A stretch of 51,074 bases of DNA, taken from positions 1-51,074 of the forward strand of contig VBMN01000073.1 in assembly GCA_005878385.1 (NCBI GenBank). Direction: 5' to 3'. Each line of letters starts with the position of its first letter. The first letter of the stretch is position 1. The translations under genes and the position numbers were made by a program. Positions 17,810 through 27,669 of the stretch are shown here, one piece after another. The notes under the pieces are model-generated. The model was not told where the DNA came from. It made no database searches and saw only the letters and a list, made by a program, of their open reading frames with translations. Source of the stretch: Methanobacteriota archaeon (GTDB lineage: Archaea > Thermoplasmatota > Thermoplasmata > RBG-16-68-12).

Positions 17810-18955
17810 TCACAACGCGTTCGCGAGCATCTCCGCGAGATCGACGATGCTCAGCGACATGTTCCTCTTCGACGCCACGTCTTCGAAGTGCAGTTCCGCG
17901 TGGGGGCACGTCGTCACGAGGCTCGGGGCGCCGGTGTCTTCCGCGGCGTCGAGACGTCTCTGGGCCACTCCGGCGGCCTGCTCCGGAAACACCGCGGGGA
18001 AGCCTCCGCCGGCACCCGAACACAGGGCATCTTCGTGGTGCGGGAGGATCTCAAGGACCTTGAGGTCCCGAATGAACTTCAACGCCTGCCGGGGCGGTTC
18101 GAAGACCTTTGAAACCCGGGACATGTGGCACGCGTCGTGGAACGCGACCTTCTGCGGGAGCGGTTTCGTGAACGCGATCCGCTTTTCACGAATCAGCTTC
18201 TCCACGTAGTGGGATATGTGGAACACGCTGAACGGCGGGTTCCCTCCCCACCGTTTGTAGTCGAGCGCAAAGGCCCGATAGCACTCCGCGCAGGCCGTCA
18301 CGAGGACCTTCGCCCCGGTCTCCTCGACCGCCTGAATGTTGTGGGGCATCAGCTCTTTCTTCGTGACTTCCTGGTATCCCATCCGAGCGAGGGGCGCACC
18401 CGTGCACCATTCCTCGGCCCCGAGGATCCGGTAGGGGACCTTCGCGGCGTTCAGGATCTTCACCATGGCGCGCGCGATCTGCTGCTTCTTATAACTCGCG
18501 GCGCACCCGACCCAGTACAGGACCTCCGGATTCGGCGACTGCACCGTCTCCGGGGGTAGCCATGAAGTCCGTTGGTCCGAAGGCTCCCCGTACAGGTTGT
18601 GGGTCTCTCGCACGTTCTCGAGATAGGGTTGGAGCTCCGGCCTCTCGTAGCCGGAGGAGACCATCCACGCCTTCACGTCATCCCAGAGGCGGTCGAACGG
18701 GATGTCGACGGGACAGATCTCCTCGCAGGCCCCGCAGCCTGTGCACTCCCACGAGTTCCGCGCGAACTCTTCGCCGGGTTTCACATGGCGGCGGAGCAGC
18801 AGGTCTAGGGGCCCGCGCATCTCGTACTGTCGAAGTGCGAACACCCGACCGCGGGGCGACGCGCCTTCCCAGCCTGCCTCCTGGTACGCGGGGCACACGG
18901 GCACGCAGTAGCCGCACATCGTACAGGCGTGGATATCTTCCTGAATGGAGGGCAT
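17810..18955 (-). CDS. Fe-S oxidoreductase, GlpC/GlcF/HdrD-like (2x[4Fe-4S] plus two CCG domains)
   Basis: CTMCGYCVPVCP, SPRGR, CTGCGACEEICP, YWVGC, TACAEC, FHDAC. Confidence 0.88.
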   Translation of the reverse strand: MPSIQEDIHACTMCGYCVPVCPAYQEAGWEGASPRGRVFALRQYEMRGPLDLLLRRHVKPGEEFARNSWECTGCGACEEICPVDIPFDRLWDDVKAWMVSSGYERPELQPYLENVRETHNLYGEPSDQRTSWLPPETVQSPNPEVLYWVGCAASYKKQQIARAMVKILNAAKVPYRILGAEEWCTGAPLARMGYQEVTKKELMPHNIQAVEETGAKVLVTACAECYRAFALDYKRWGGNPPFSVFHISHYVEKLIREKRIAFTKPLPQKVAFHDACHMSRVSKVFEPPRQALKFIRDLKVLEILPHHEDALCSGAGGGFPAVFPEQAAGVAQRRLDAAEDTGAPSLVTTCPHAELHFEDVASKRNMSLSIVDLAEMLANAL

Positions 18956-18991
18956 CTTTGTGAGGCGAGGCACTCAATCCCACCTTCCCGA

Positions 18992-19510
18992 TCAGGTGCG
19001 GAGCTCCGCGAGCTGGCGGTCGGCCTGGAGGGCTTGGCCCTCGTCCTCGCTCGCGAGCTCCTCGAGGAGGGTGCGGGCGGGTCCCGCGACGTTGCCGGCC
19101 GACGCGCGGAACAGGACGGCGGATTGGCGGCCGGTTTCCGAGGCGATCTCCCAGGCCTTCGTCAGGGCGATCTCCTTCTCGAAGGCATAACGCGCGGCGC
19201 CGCAACTGGGACACGCGCTCGGCATCGCTTTCGTCTCGGCGACAAATCCGCACACGTAGCACTCGACCTTGGCGACGGCATCAAGCGGATAAATACCGGG
19301 CATCACGGCAGCGTGCGTCGCGTTCGATCCCGCAATCGCCTCGAGCTTCGCGAGCTGGGCCTTCTTCCGACGGCCCATGTCCTCGAAGGCCACCTTCACG
19401 CGCATTTCCGCCACGGCGGCGTTCGCAAGATCGTAGAAGGTGAGGCCCTCCACGACGGCTCCGATCGCTCGCGCGAGGGCGTCCGACTCCCTTCCAACCT
19501 TCGAGGTCAA
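18992..19510 (-). CDS. Rubrerythrin/ferritin-like protein with central rubredoxin-type metal site
   Basis: CYVCG...CPSCGA between two helical hairpins; TTG start inferred. Confidence 0.7.
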   Translation of the reverse strand: MTSKVGRESDALARAIGAVVEGLTFYDLANAAVAEMRVKVAFEDMGRRKKAQLAKLEAIAGSNATHAAVMPGIYPLDAVAKVECYVCGFVAETKAMPSACPSCGAARYAFEKEIALTKAWEIASETGRQSAVLFRASAGNVAGPARTLLEELASEDEGQALQADRQLAELRT

Positions 19511-19605
19511 GGCACCCGGCCACCCAGAATCCAATCGATTTCTGGATGCGGCCGAGAGGATATCAAGATTTGCCACTTGTGCCGCTGCGGTCGGCGCCGG
19601 ACAGA

Positions 19606-19914
19606 TCAGATGCCCCAGCCGAACTGCTTCTTCGCGGTTTCGGACATCATCTCGGGCGTCCACGGCGGGTCCCAGACGATGTTCACGACCGCTTCCTTGA
19701 CGCCCTGGAGTTGCTCGAGCTTTCGCTTCACGTCTTGGTGGATATATGCCGAGGCGGGGCATCCGGGGGCCGTCAGCGTCATGCGGACGTCGACCTTGCC
19801 CTCGTCCGGCTTGAGGTCGATGTTGTAGACCAGGCCGAGATCGTAGATGTTGATCGGAATCTCGGGGTCGTAGCATTTCCTCAGGATGCCGATCACTTCT
19901 TCCTTCGTGGCCAT
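19606..19914 (-). CDS. sufT: DUF59/SufT/PaaD-family Fe-S maturation protein
   Basis: DPEIPINIYDLGLVY, MTLTAPGCP, WDPPWTPEMMS. Confidence 0.93.
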   Translation of the reverse strand: MATKEEVIGILRKCYDPEIPINIYDLGLVYNIDLKPDEGKVDVRMTLTAPGCPASAYIHQDVKRKLEQLQGVKEAVVNIVWDPPWTPEMMSETAKKQFGWGI

Positions 19915-19953
19915 GGGCGGTACCTCAATTAATCCCACGTGGCCCGCGGGATA

Positions 19954-20415
19954 TTAACGTTCCGATTGGGTGGGGAGGGCCTTTCGGCCCGCGAACCCGC
20001 TCCCGAGGGTGTGCCACCATGCAATCCGGTCCTCGCCCCGCTGCCAACACAGGTAGACGACCTCGTTGCCGATCCGCGCGGGGAAGTCGACGAGTCCGCG
20101 ATGGAGGTCCTTCACCTCGCAGCCGAGGGCGAGCACCGCGTCGATGTCAGCTTGGACCGAACGATCGAGGTCTGCCTGGGCCTGCAGCAGGTCCGCGTAC
20201 GACTCGCGGTCCGTCGCAGGCGCACCGGTCAGACCCTCGCCGTAGTACGCCTCGGAATCCTCGACGAGATCCTTGAGTTCCCGCAACCGGGCGAGCTTTG
20301 GATCGAGGAGGAGGAAGATCTCTTCCAACTGGGGGATGAGCGCGTTCGCCTCCTCTTCCGTGAAGAGACGCAAGTTCGCGTCCGAGTGCAGTCGAACGTC
20401 CGCCGGGCCGCCCAT
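19954..20415 (-). CDS. DUF2203 family protein
   Basis: FTEEEANALIP, VKDLHRGLVDFP, YLCWQRGE...WWH...GFAGR; GGAGGT SD. Confidence 0.88.
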   Translation of the reverse strand: MGGPADVRLHSDANLRLFTEEEANALIPQLEEIFLLLDPKLARLRELKDLVEDSEAYYGEGLTGAPATDRESYADLLQAQADLDRSVQADIDAVLALGCEVKDLHRGLVDFPARIGNEVVYLCWQRGEDRIAWWHTLGSGFAGRKALPTQSER

Positions 20416-20464
20416 ATTTCTGACCTCCAGACATCCATTGCCGCCGAGGGACTTTACCTTTGTC

Positions 20465-21436
20465 CTAGGTGAGTCCTCGAGCCTTACGGACGGCACGTGC
20501 CGCCGCGACCATGTTCCGCAACTTGCCCTGCGCCTCCTCGACGCTACGCGTCTTGAGGCCGCAGTCCGGGTCGATGTAGAGCTTCGCGGGCGAGAAGATC
20601 GTGAGGGCTTTCTCGATCCGCTCTCGGATCAAGGATTCCGGTTCGATCACATGGCTGTGGACGTCCACGACGCCGAAGGCAATCTCCTTTTTGAGCGGCT
20701 CCCGCTTGAAACGTTCCAGCAGGTCGAGCCCGGAATTCGACATCTCGAGATCGAGCTGGTCCACGGGAAGCTGGTTGAAGTAGTCGAAAATCTCGTTGTA
20801 GTTACCGTAGCAGGTGTGCAAGACCGTCTTCGCCGTGAGCCCCTTCGTCACGATGCCCACGGCCTTCACGAGGAGCGGCAACTCATCGAAACGGGTGGAG
20901 AGGGCGGGCTCGTCGACTTGGACGACCTTGGCCCCCGCGGCCTCGAGGGCGACCGCCTCCTCGTGGAGCAGTTTTGCGAAGGCGAGACAGGCATCCGCCC
21001 GCGAACCGTAGTATTCGTCGAACGACCAGTCCATCATCGTGTACGGCCCGGTGATCATCCCCTTCACCGGTCGTTCCGTCTGGGCCTGGGCGAAGGTAAA
21101 CCAATCCACGCTGATGGGGCCACGTCGCTTCAGCTCGTCGACGATGATCGGCTTCTTGTAGTATCGGTTCCCATAAGACCGTACGAGCCCGGAGATTTCG
21201 GTTCCCTCGAGGTTTTCCGCGAAGTACGTCGCCATGTCACCACGGTATTGCTCGCCGTCGACGAGGATGTCGATCCCGATTTCTTCTTGGAACCGGATCC
21301 ACTCGGAGGTCGCCTTTTCCTCGAGGGTCCGCAAACCATCCGAGGAAAGCCCTCCCTTCGAAGCCTTCGTCCGCGCGCGCGTCAGGTATTCCGGTTTTGG
21401 AAAGGACCCGACGCTGGTCGTTAGGAGGGCGCTCAG
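20465..21436 (-). CDS. metE: Cobalamin-independent methionine synthase, catalytic (C-terminal) subunit of split MetE; probable CTG start
   Basis: Zn ligands HTCYG and DPDCGLK; QVDEPA. The reading frame extends upstream of the ORF-track start through TTSVGSFPKP to a CTG overlapping the upstream stop. Confidence 0.88.
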   Translation of the reverse strand: MSALLTTSVGSFPKPEYLTRARTKASKGGLSSDGLRTLEEKATSEWIRFQEEIGIDILVDGEQYRGDMATYFAENLEGTEISGLVRSYGNRYYKKPIIVDELKRRGPISVDWFTFAQAQTERPVKGMITGPYTMMDWSFDEYYGSRADACLAFAKLLHEEAVALEAAGAKVVQVDEPALSTRFDELPLLVKAVGIVTKGLTAKTVLHTCYGNYNEIFDYFNQLPVDQLDLEMSNSGLDLLERFKREPLKKEIAFGVVDVHSHVIEPESLIRERIEKALTIFSPAKLYIDPDCGLKTRSVEEAQGKLRNMVAAARAVRKARGLT

Positions 21437-22410
21437 GCACCCACCCCCACTTTCTTCGCGGCGGCGCGGAGGATCCGAAGTTTCTTTCGGGCCCGGTCCC
21501 GGGGAAGGAATTCGAGGCCGTTCGAAGGGGACAAGTAGGAGGACTTCAGGTCGATTGCTGACTTCAGATCCAAAGCCTTCTTCGCAATCGCGGCAGGATC
21601 CTCCTCTTTCGTATTCCGCGCGTCAACCAAGCCGAGGACTAGGGGCTTCGTCGAGCCGTGCTTCGCGAGGGGAGTCCACGTGGCCGATCCTTGCACCAGA
21701 TCAAGGCCAAGGATGTCCGCGGGCACTTCGGCGAGATCTTTGTAGATCGTGGCGACATCGCCGAAGAATGTGAACAGGGTCAGGGTCGCGCTGGACTTGT
21801 GAGATCGGATCCGTTCGAGGCTTTCCGAGACGAGAGATAGGTCGTTCGGATGGCGGGTGAGGATCGGCTCATCGATCTGGACGTGAGACGCACCTGCCTG
21901 GACGAGCGTTCCCACTTCTTCCCCGATTGCCGTTGCGAGATCGAGAGCGAGCGTCTTCTTGGACCGATAGTGTTTGTCCAGCGCCAGAGAGGCGAGAGTC
22001 ACGGGCCCAGTCAGGACCGCCTTCACGGGAGCCTTGGAGTTCGATTGAGCGAACTTCCATTCGTCCACGAATACGGGCTCCTTCCACCCAACCGCTCCGC
22101 TGACGACCGGTTGTCGATAGTACGTGTTCGTGTCGAAGTACCGCACAAGCCCGTTGATCTCGATGGACGTGAGTTTCCCCGCGAAGTGGCTCTGGCTGTC
22201 GTACCAGGAGATCTGCCCATCCGTGACGAGGTCGATGCCGATCTCATTCTGCTCACGAAGGACGTCCCGAACCGTATCTCGCTCGACGACCTGGAGGTCG
22301 GCCTCACCGATTTCGCCTCGGTCTAGGCGCGCGATTCCCCGTCGGAGGGCCTGCTCTTCGAAGGTCTCTCCGATCCGAGGATACGTTCCGACGACGGTCG
22401 TTTGCACCAT
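21433..22410 (-). CDS. Split MetE, N-terminal (non-catalytic) subunit
   Basis: TTVVGTYPRIG, RYFDTNTYYRQP, QIDEP; Zn-ligand positions replaced (FTFFG, PSNGL). Confidence 0.85.
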   Translation of the reverse strand: MVQTTVVGTYPRIGETFEEQALRRGIARLDRGEIGEADLQVVERDTVRDVLREQNEIGIDLVTDGQISWYDSQSHFAGKLTSIEINGLVRYFDTNTYYRQPVVSGAVGWKEPVFVDEWKFAQSNSKAPVKAVLTGPVTLASLALDKHYRSKKTLALDLATAIGEEVGTLVQAGASHVQIDEPILTRHPNDLSLVSESLERIRSHKSSATLTLFTFFGDVATIYKDLAEVPADILGLDLVQGSATWTPLAKHGSTKPLVLGLVDARNTKEEDPAAIAKKALDLKSAIDLKSSYLSPSNGLEFLPRDRARKKLRILRAAAKKVGVGA

Positions 22411-22507
22411 GCAAGCTTCCTCGAGTGACTCGGACAGTCACGCATGTTCGGGTGGGATAAAAGCCTTGCAATTCCAATCGGAATACTGAGATGAATCGCC
22501 CGCGGCC

Positions 22508-23350
22508 TCACTTCTCGACCTGCTCTTCGAGGAGCTTGACTTCGCCTTGAAGGTTAATGTGGTAAAAGCCATCGAGGTCCTTGTAGCCAATCTCCTCCAT
22601 GTGGAGACAGTCGACGGGACAGACGTCGACGCATTGTTGGCAGCCGATGCACTTCGTGTAGTCGAACTCCGGGATCACGATCGGCTTTCCCTTTCGGTCG
22701 TTCGGACCGTCGAGCATGTCGATGCAACGAGTCGGACATTCCCGCTCGCATTTCTTGCATCCGATGCACACGTCCGCTTCCAGAATCGGATGTTCCCCGA
22801 TACGGTTGATCAGGACGATCTCCTTGTCCGAGTTCTCCTTTGGCATGCGCAGCTCGTCCGCGCGGTAGTATAGGTCTTCCCGTGCGTAGTCCGCGAGCTC
22901 GAACTCCTGCGTGAAGTTCCACGCGTCCGTGGGACAGTACTCCATGCAGTTCCCGCAGAACAGACAGTGTCCGATGTCCACCGCCGGCCGCCGGATCACT
23001 TTCTTCATCTCGTCCAGCTGCGCGCGGCTCGGATGAAGGAACTCCGACGTGGGTTCGACCTCGTAGAACTCGAAGTAGATGCATTCGTTCGGGCAGACCT
23101 TCGCGCACAACTCGCACCCAATGCACTTGAACCAGTCGATGCTGTGCTGACCACGGTATGCAAGAGGGAGCTCGACCTTCTGGTACGGATAGAGATGGGT
23201 AACCGGCTTCCGGCCGCCGGGGACAAGGCGGTTGATGCCGGGCATCGTGACGAGGGCTTGTTTGATCGTCGCGATGAGGGGACGGACGGTCCCGCCGATC
23301 GTGCCGACTTTGCGGCGGCGGGGCTCATCCTCGGACTTGGGGGACTTCAT
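22508..23350 (-). CDS. nuoI: NuoI-like subunit extended to four [4Fe-4S] motifs
   Basis: THLYPYQK, YRGQH; CIGCELCAKVCP, CLFCGNCMEYCP, CIGCKKCERECP, CIGCQQCVDVCP. Confidence 0.85.
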   Translation of the reverse strand: MKSPKSEDEPRRRKVGTIGGTVRPLIATIKQALVTMPGINRLVPGGRKPVTHLYPYQKVELPLAYRGQHSIDWFKCIGCELCAKVCPNECIYFEFYEVEPTSEFLHPSRAQLDEMKKVIRRPAVDIGHCLFCGNCMEYCPTDAWNFTQEFELADYAREDLYYRADELRMPKENSDKEIVLINRIGEHPILEADVCIGCKKCERECPTRCIDMLDGPNDRKGKPIVIPEFDYTKCIGCQQCVDVCPVDCLHMEEIGYKDLDGFYHINLQGEVKLLEEQVEK

Positions 23351-23990
23351 ACGTGTACTCGCCCTTCTGCATGTCCATCAGCTGGCCCTCGCGCGCGCTC
23401 ACGAGGCGGCCCTTTTTCGTTCGGACCCATCCGCCCCGCTCCGCCTTGATCTTCGCGCTCAGCTTCAGAAACCCGTCGATCAGCGCCTCCGGCCGGACCG
23501 GGCATCCAGGGATGAAGATGTCCGTCGGAACGAACGTGTATGAGCCCTTCACGATGCTGTAGGAGTCGTAGTACGGGCCGCCGCAAATCGTACACTCGCC
23601 CATCGCGATCACCCACTTCGGCTCGGCCATCTGTTCGTACAGCCGACGGACGGCCGGTCGCAGCTTCAACGAAATCGGGCCGTTCAGCAAGAGCACATCG
23701 CATTGCCTCGGGGACGAGCGATAGATCACGCCGAAGCGTTCCACGTCGTACCGCGGATCCGAGGTCGCGGCCATCTCGATCGCGCAACACATGATGCCAA
23801 AGTGCAAGGGCCACGTGGAGTTTCGCTTCGCCCAGTTGAAGAACTCGCCGACGAGGCCGCCCTTGAGCGTGTCGAGCAGGGCACCACCGGGGCCGCGCTT
23901 CATCGGCGCGTCGATGTTCTCTTCGACCCACTTCACGAAATCCTTCGAACGGAGGCCGACGATGTTCGACTGTTCTGCCCGCTGAATCAT
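23325..23990 (-). CDS. nuoB: Complex I subunit B
   Basis: CCAIEM, DVERFG, SPRQCD, QMAEPKWVIAMGEC, IPGCPVRPEA. Confidence 0.95.
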   Translation of the reverse strand: MIQRAEQSNIVGLRSKDFVKWVEENIDAPMKRGPGGALLDTLKGGLVGEFFNWAKRNSTWPLHFGIMCCAIEMAATSDPRYDVERFGVIYRSSPRQCDVLLLNGPISLKLRPAVRRLYEQMAEPKWVIAMGECTICGGPYYDSYSIVKGSYTFVPTDIFIPGCPVRPEALIDGFLKLSAKIKAERGGWVRTKKGRLVSAREGQLMDMQKGEYTYEVPQVRG

Positions 23991-24165
23991 TAGCTCCGGA
24001 CCTCCGTCCCGTACGCGGCGGGTCGCTCCCGGTCGACTCGAATATCGGGGTCGCTCTTAACCCTTCGTCCGCAAATGTTCACGACCGTTTCGCCTCCGGG
24101 TTTCCGACCGATTCCGCGTGATGAAATGTACCCCCCGGCGGACTTAAAGGTTGGGCCCCTACGAC

Positions 24166-25776
24166 TCACATCGGCGTTCGGGACTCGAGCCCGCCCCAGG
24201 AGGCCCACCACGGCGCATCGGAAAACAGGACGCCGGGATTCAGGAGGCCCTGCGGGTCGAAGGCCTTCTTGGTCGCGCGCATCACCTCGTACACCTCTCG
24301 TCCCCATACTCGCGGTAGGGTCTCGGCTCGTAGGCGACCGATCCCATGTTCGCCGGACGGCGCGCCATGGAAGCGGTCGAGGACCGCATCGTCGAATTCC
24401 TCCCGCAATGCGCGCATCCGTTCAAAATCCGCCGGGTCCGTGGGATCGAACAAGGGTCGGTAATGCGTGTTCCCATCGCCAATGTGGCCGTAGATCCCCG
24501 CGACGGTCGCATGCCTCTGTGTGAGTCCCACGAGGAACTCGATGAATTCCGGAACCCGGTCGCGCGGCACGATGGGATCCTCCACGAAGCCCCAGGCCTT
24601 GCGGGCTCCGGGGCGCTGAATGATTGTCGGGAACACAGACCGGCGGAGCTTCCAAAGGCTCGCTTGAGTCTGTGCATCTTCGGCGACGTCGGCGGTGCGA
24701 CTCAATCGGTATCGAGAGGCGATCGTCCCGACCACGGTGGCGACGACGGCATCGAGATCGCCCTCGTCGAATTCGACGAGGAGCATGACCTCCGCGCCCG
24801 CAGGCACGCCGTGAACCTCGCGGCCAATCAGATCCAAGGAGGCGCCATCGATGGCCTCCATCGCGCTCGGGCTCAGGGCGAGGAGATCCGCGACGAGCGA
24901 GCCGAGTTCCCCGAAGCGATCGAGATACAGGAGCACGGTGACGCGCCGGGGAGGGATTGGGAGGACGCGGAGGGTGACCTCCGTCACGATTCCAAGTGTC
25001 CCTTCGCTGCCGACGAAGAGCCCCGCGAGCGGGAAGATCCCGCGGGAGAGCGAGTCCGCGATCGTCGCCAGGTCGTAGCCGCAGGAATGCTTCCGGATGG
25101 GACGGCGGCTCGAGAGGATGGCCTCCCGATGCCCTTCAATCTCTGCGCGAACGCGCTCCAGACACGGAGACTGCTTCGTGGCCTGCTTCCATTCCCGACC
25201 GTCGATCATCAGGTCGCGAGCGGTCAGCACGGTCCCATCGAGGAGGGCGACTCGGAGGGAAAGGACATGATCTCTCGTTTGACCGTATTTCACGCTCCGA
25301 TATCCGGAGGCGTTGTGTCCGACCATCCCGCCGATTCGACACAGGTCTTGACTCCCGGGATCGGGAGCGATTCGAACGCCTCGTTCGGCTAGGTACGCAT
25401 TCAATTCGGCAAGAAGGATCCCCGGTTGGACCGTGACGCACTGCCTAGTCGCGTCGAATCCGATGATCCGGTTGAAGCGCGTCGTGTCCAGGACGACCCC
25501 AGGGCCGATGGCCGCGCCAGATAGGGAGGTCCCTGAGGCACGTGGCGTCAGAGGGATCCGGAGGTCACGACATACCCGCAGGACGGCGAGGACGTCCGCC
25601 TCGCTCGCGGCGAATACGACCGCGCGCGGTTCCACGGCACACGGACTCGCGTCCGTCGAATAGGCGTGCCGACTCCCCTCGTCCGTTCGGACCTTTTCGG
25701 CTCCAAGCGCGAGGGTGAGCGAACGACCGAGTGTCGCCTCATCCGTGGATGCCATTCTGTCGGCCAGCGAATCCAT
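24166..25776 (-). CDS. FAD-linked oxidase (GlcD/D-lactate dehydrogenase family)
   Basis: PRASGTSLSG, APDPGS, VGSEGTLG, GHIGDGNTH, SGEHGIG, FDPQGLLNPG. Confidence 0.9.
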   Translation of the reverse strand: MDSLADRMASTDEATLGRSLTLALGAEKVRTDEGSRHAYSTDASPCAVEPRAVVFAASEADVLAVLRVCRDLRIPLTPRASGTSLSGAAIGPGVVLDTTRFNRIIGFDATRQCVTVQPGILLAELNAYLAERGVRIAPDPGSQDLCRIGGMVGHNASGYRSVKYGQTRDHVLSLRVALLDGTVLTARDLMIDGREWKQATKQSPCLERVRAEIEGHREAILSSRRPIRKHSCGYDLATIADSLSRGIFPLAGLFVGSEGTLGIVTEVTLRVLPIPPRRVTVLLYLDRFGELGSLVADLLALSPSAMEAIDGASLDLIGREVHGVPAGAEVMLLVEFDEGDLDAVVATVVGTIASRYRLSRTADVAEDAQTQASLWKLRRSVFPTIIQRPGARKAWGFVEDPIVPRDRVPEFIEFLVGLTQRHATVAGIYGHIGDGNTHYRPLFDPTDPADFERMRALREEFDDAVLDRFHGAPSGEHGIGRLRAETLPRVWGREVYEVMRATKKAFDPQGLLNPGVLFSDAPWWASWGGLESRTPM

Positions 25777-25859
25777 GGGAGGCGTTTCTCATTTTCGGGA
25801 GCGGCGGTCGGTCGCACGGGGAACAACGTTTATCTCGGCCGTCGTCTTCGAAGGATTCC

Positions 25860-26699
25860 GTGCCGATCAACCAGGAGCGCGTCCGAAAGTTGATGGACCA
25901 CGGGTTGACGGAGTACCAAGCCCGCGTGTATCTCACGCTCCTCGACCTCGGCGCGGCGACCGCGAGCCAGATTTCGCCCCTGTCGAAAGTCCCTCGAACC
26001 CGGATCTATGGAACGATGCAACAGCTCCACCAGAAAGGGCTCGTGCAGATCCTACCGGAGACCCCGCTGCGGTACGAACCGGTCGCGTTTGACGCCTACC
26101 TGCGGGCCCTCGGCGAGGACCTCCGATCGCGAGCGAAGCAGATCGACGCAGGCCTCGACTCCTTCGCGCGGGAGTTCGCCATCAACGCCCAACGGGAGCC
26201 GGAGTCCGTCGGTCGGTTCGAGGCCATCTACGGGCGGAAGAATGTCCGGGAGCGCTTGCTCCGGATGTACGCGATCGCCTCGCGGGAGGTGATCGGGATC
26301 GGGACGACGAGGAGTCCGGGTCGGATTCTCGGGGCGTTTCGGCCCAGCATCGTCGAGAAGGCGACGCAGGGAGTGCGATTGAAATACGCCTTTTGCTTCA
26401 CGCCCGAGAACCGCGACGACGTCCGAATGCTCCTGAAGCACGCCGAGGTCCGTCACATCGACTTCCTCATGCCCGTCTACATGCACAACGTGGATGGGAA
26501 GGAGTTCCTCATGAGCCATCCCATCCCGGACGACGATTCTTCTTACCGAGGCGATGACATCGCGATCTGGACAAACGATCCCGCGATCGCGGACGCAATG
26601 TCGGAGATGTCCGAGCGGATCTGGGAGATGGGGAAGCCGGCGGCCGACGTGCTCGAGGAGCCGCGACCGACAAAACGAGTGGCCCTCACGCGCCCTTGA
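25860..26699 (+). CDS. TrmB-family transcriptional regulator
   Basis: [14 protein letters not shown]...SKVPRTRIY...L..KGLV wHTH plus effector domain; GTG start inferred. Confidence 0.9.
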   Translation: MPINQERVRKLMDHGLTEYQARVYLTLLDLGAATASQISPLSKVPRTRIYGTMQQLHQKGLVQILPETPLRYEPVAFDAYLRALGEDLRSRAKQIDAGLDSFAREFAINAQREPESVGRFEAIYGRKNVRERLLRMYAIASREVIGIGTTRSPGRILGAFRPSIVEKATQGVRLKYAFCFTPENRDDVRMLLKHAEVRHIDFLMPVYMHNVDGKEFLMSHPIPDDDSSYRGDDIAIWTNDPAIADAMSEMSERIWEMGKPAADVLEEPRPTKRVALTRP

Positions 26700-27669
26700 A
26701 CGTCATCCGCTCGATGAGTCGGGTAAGATCCGTCCGCGGCTCGCCGTTCGGCCCCGCGATCGACTGCAATGCCGGCGGGCTGTCCATGTAGGTCGGGACG
26801 CGTTGCATGATCCGTTCCTCGAAGGTGGGGACGTGTTCGCTCTTGAAGAACACGCCGATCGGGATGCGATCCCCCCACTCGAGCGCCTTCTCCAGCGCCT
26901 GCGTGGCCTTCTTCTCGAGCTGGGACGGTTCGTGGACGACCGGATCGTAGCCTTCGTCCTCGAGCTTGTAGACCCGCGGAAGCGATCGGCCGTTGTTCGT
27001 CTCCTTCCGATCTTCGCCGCCGTACCATTCCTTGGTGTTGATGTCGTTGTACGTGGGGCAAGGTTGCAGGACATCGAGGAAGGCGTACCCCTTGTGCTCG
27101 ATTCCCTGCTTCAGGAGCGAGACCAGGTGCTTGATATCGTAGGAATATCCACGGCCGACCCAGGTCGCGCCCGCGGCTAGGGCGAGCCAAATCGGATTCA
27201 CCGCGTCGTTGATGTTCGGGTGCGCCAGGGACTTCGTCTGGACGCCGAGCTTGAGGGTCGGCGCCGCCTGTCCCTTCGTGAGGCCGTACACGCCGTTGTC
27301 ATGGATCACGTACAACATGTCCAGGTTCCGTCGGCCCGCATTTACGAAGTGACCGCCGCCGATTCCGAGACCGTCTCCGTCCCCGCTGAGACACAGGACC
27401 TTCAGTTGCGGGTTCGCGAGCTTCACCCCGGTCGCGTACGGAAGCGCCCGCCCGTGCAAGGTGTGCACCCCATATGTCTTCACGTAGTGGATCGTCTTCG
27501 CGGAGCAGCCGATCCCCGAGACGATCGTCACCCGGTGCGGCTCCATCCGAAGTTCGGCGAGGGCCATCTGGATCGTCCGAAGGATGCCGAAGTCCCCGCA
27601 TCCCGGACACCAGTCGTTGTGGACTTCCGTTGCAAAGTCCGACGGCTTCATCACCTGTTCAAGCGCCAC
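26686..27669 (-). CDS. korB: 2-oxoacid:ferredoxin oxidoreductase beta subunit
   Basis: [41 protein letters not shown]. Confidence 0.95.
   Translation of the reverse strand: MALEQVMKPSDFATEVHNDWCPGCGDFGILRTIQMALAELRMEPHRVTIVSGIGCSAKTIHYVKTYGVHTLHGRALPYATGVKLANPQLKVLCLSGDGDGLGIGGGHFVNAGRRNLDMLYVIHDNGVYGLTKGQAAPTLKLGVQTKSLAHPNINDAVNPIWLALAAGATWVGRGYSYDIKHLVSLLKQGIEHKGYAFLDVLQPCPTYNDINTKEWYGGEDRKETNNGRSLPRVYKLEDEGYDPVVHEPSQLEKKATQALEKALEWGDRIPIGVFFKSEHVPTFEERIMQRVPTYMDSPPALQSIAGPNGEPRTDLTRLIERMTFKGA

Noticed and set aside
18992..19876. 294-aa ORF suggesting a SufT-rubrerythrin fusion
   Set aside because: The upstream part is off-frame to sufT and Arg/Pro-rich; sufT has its own stop at 19606.
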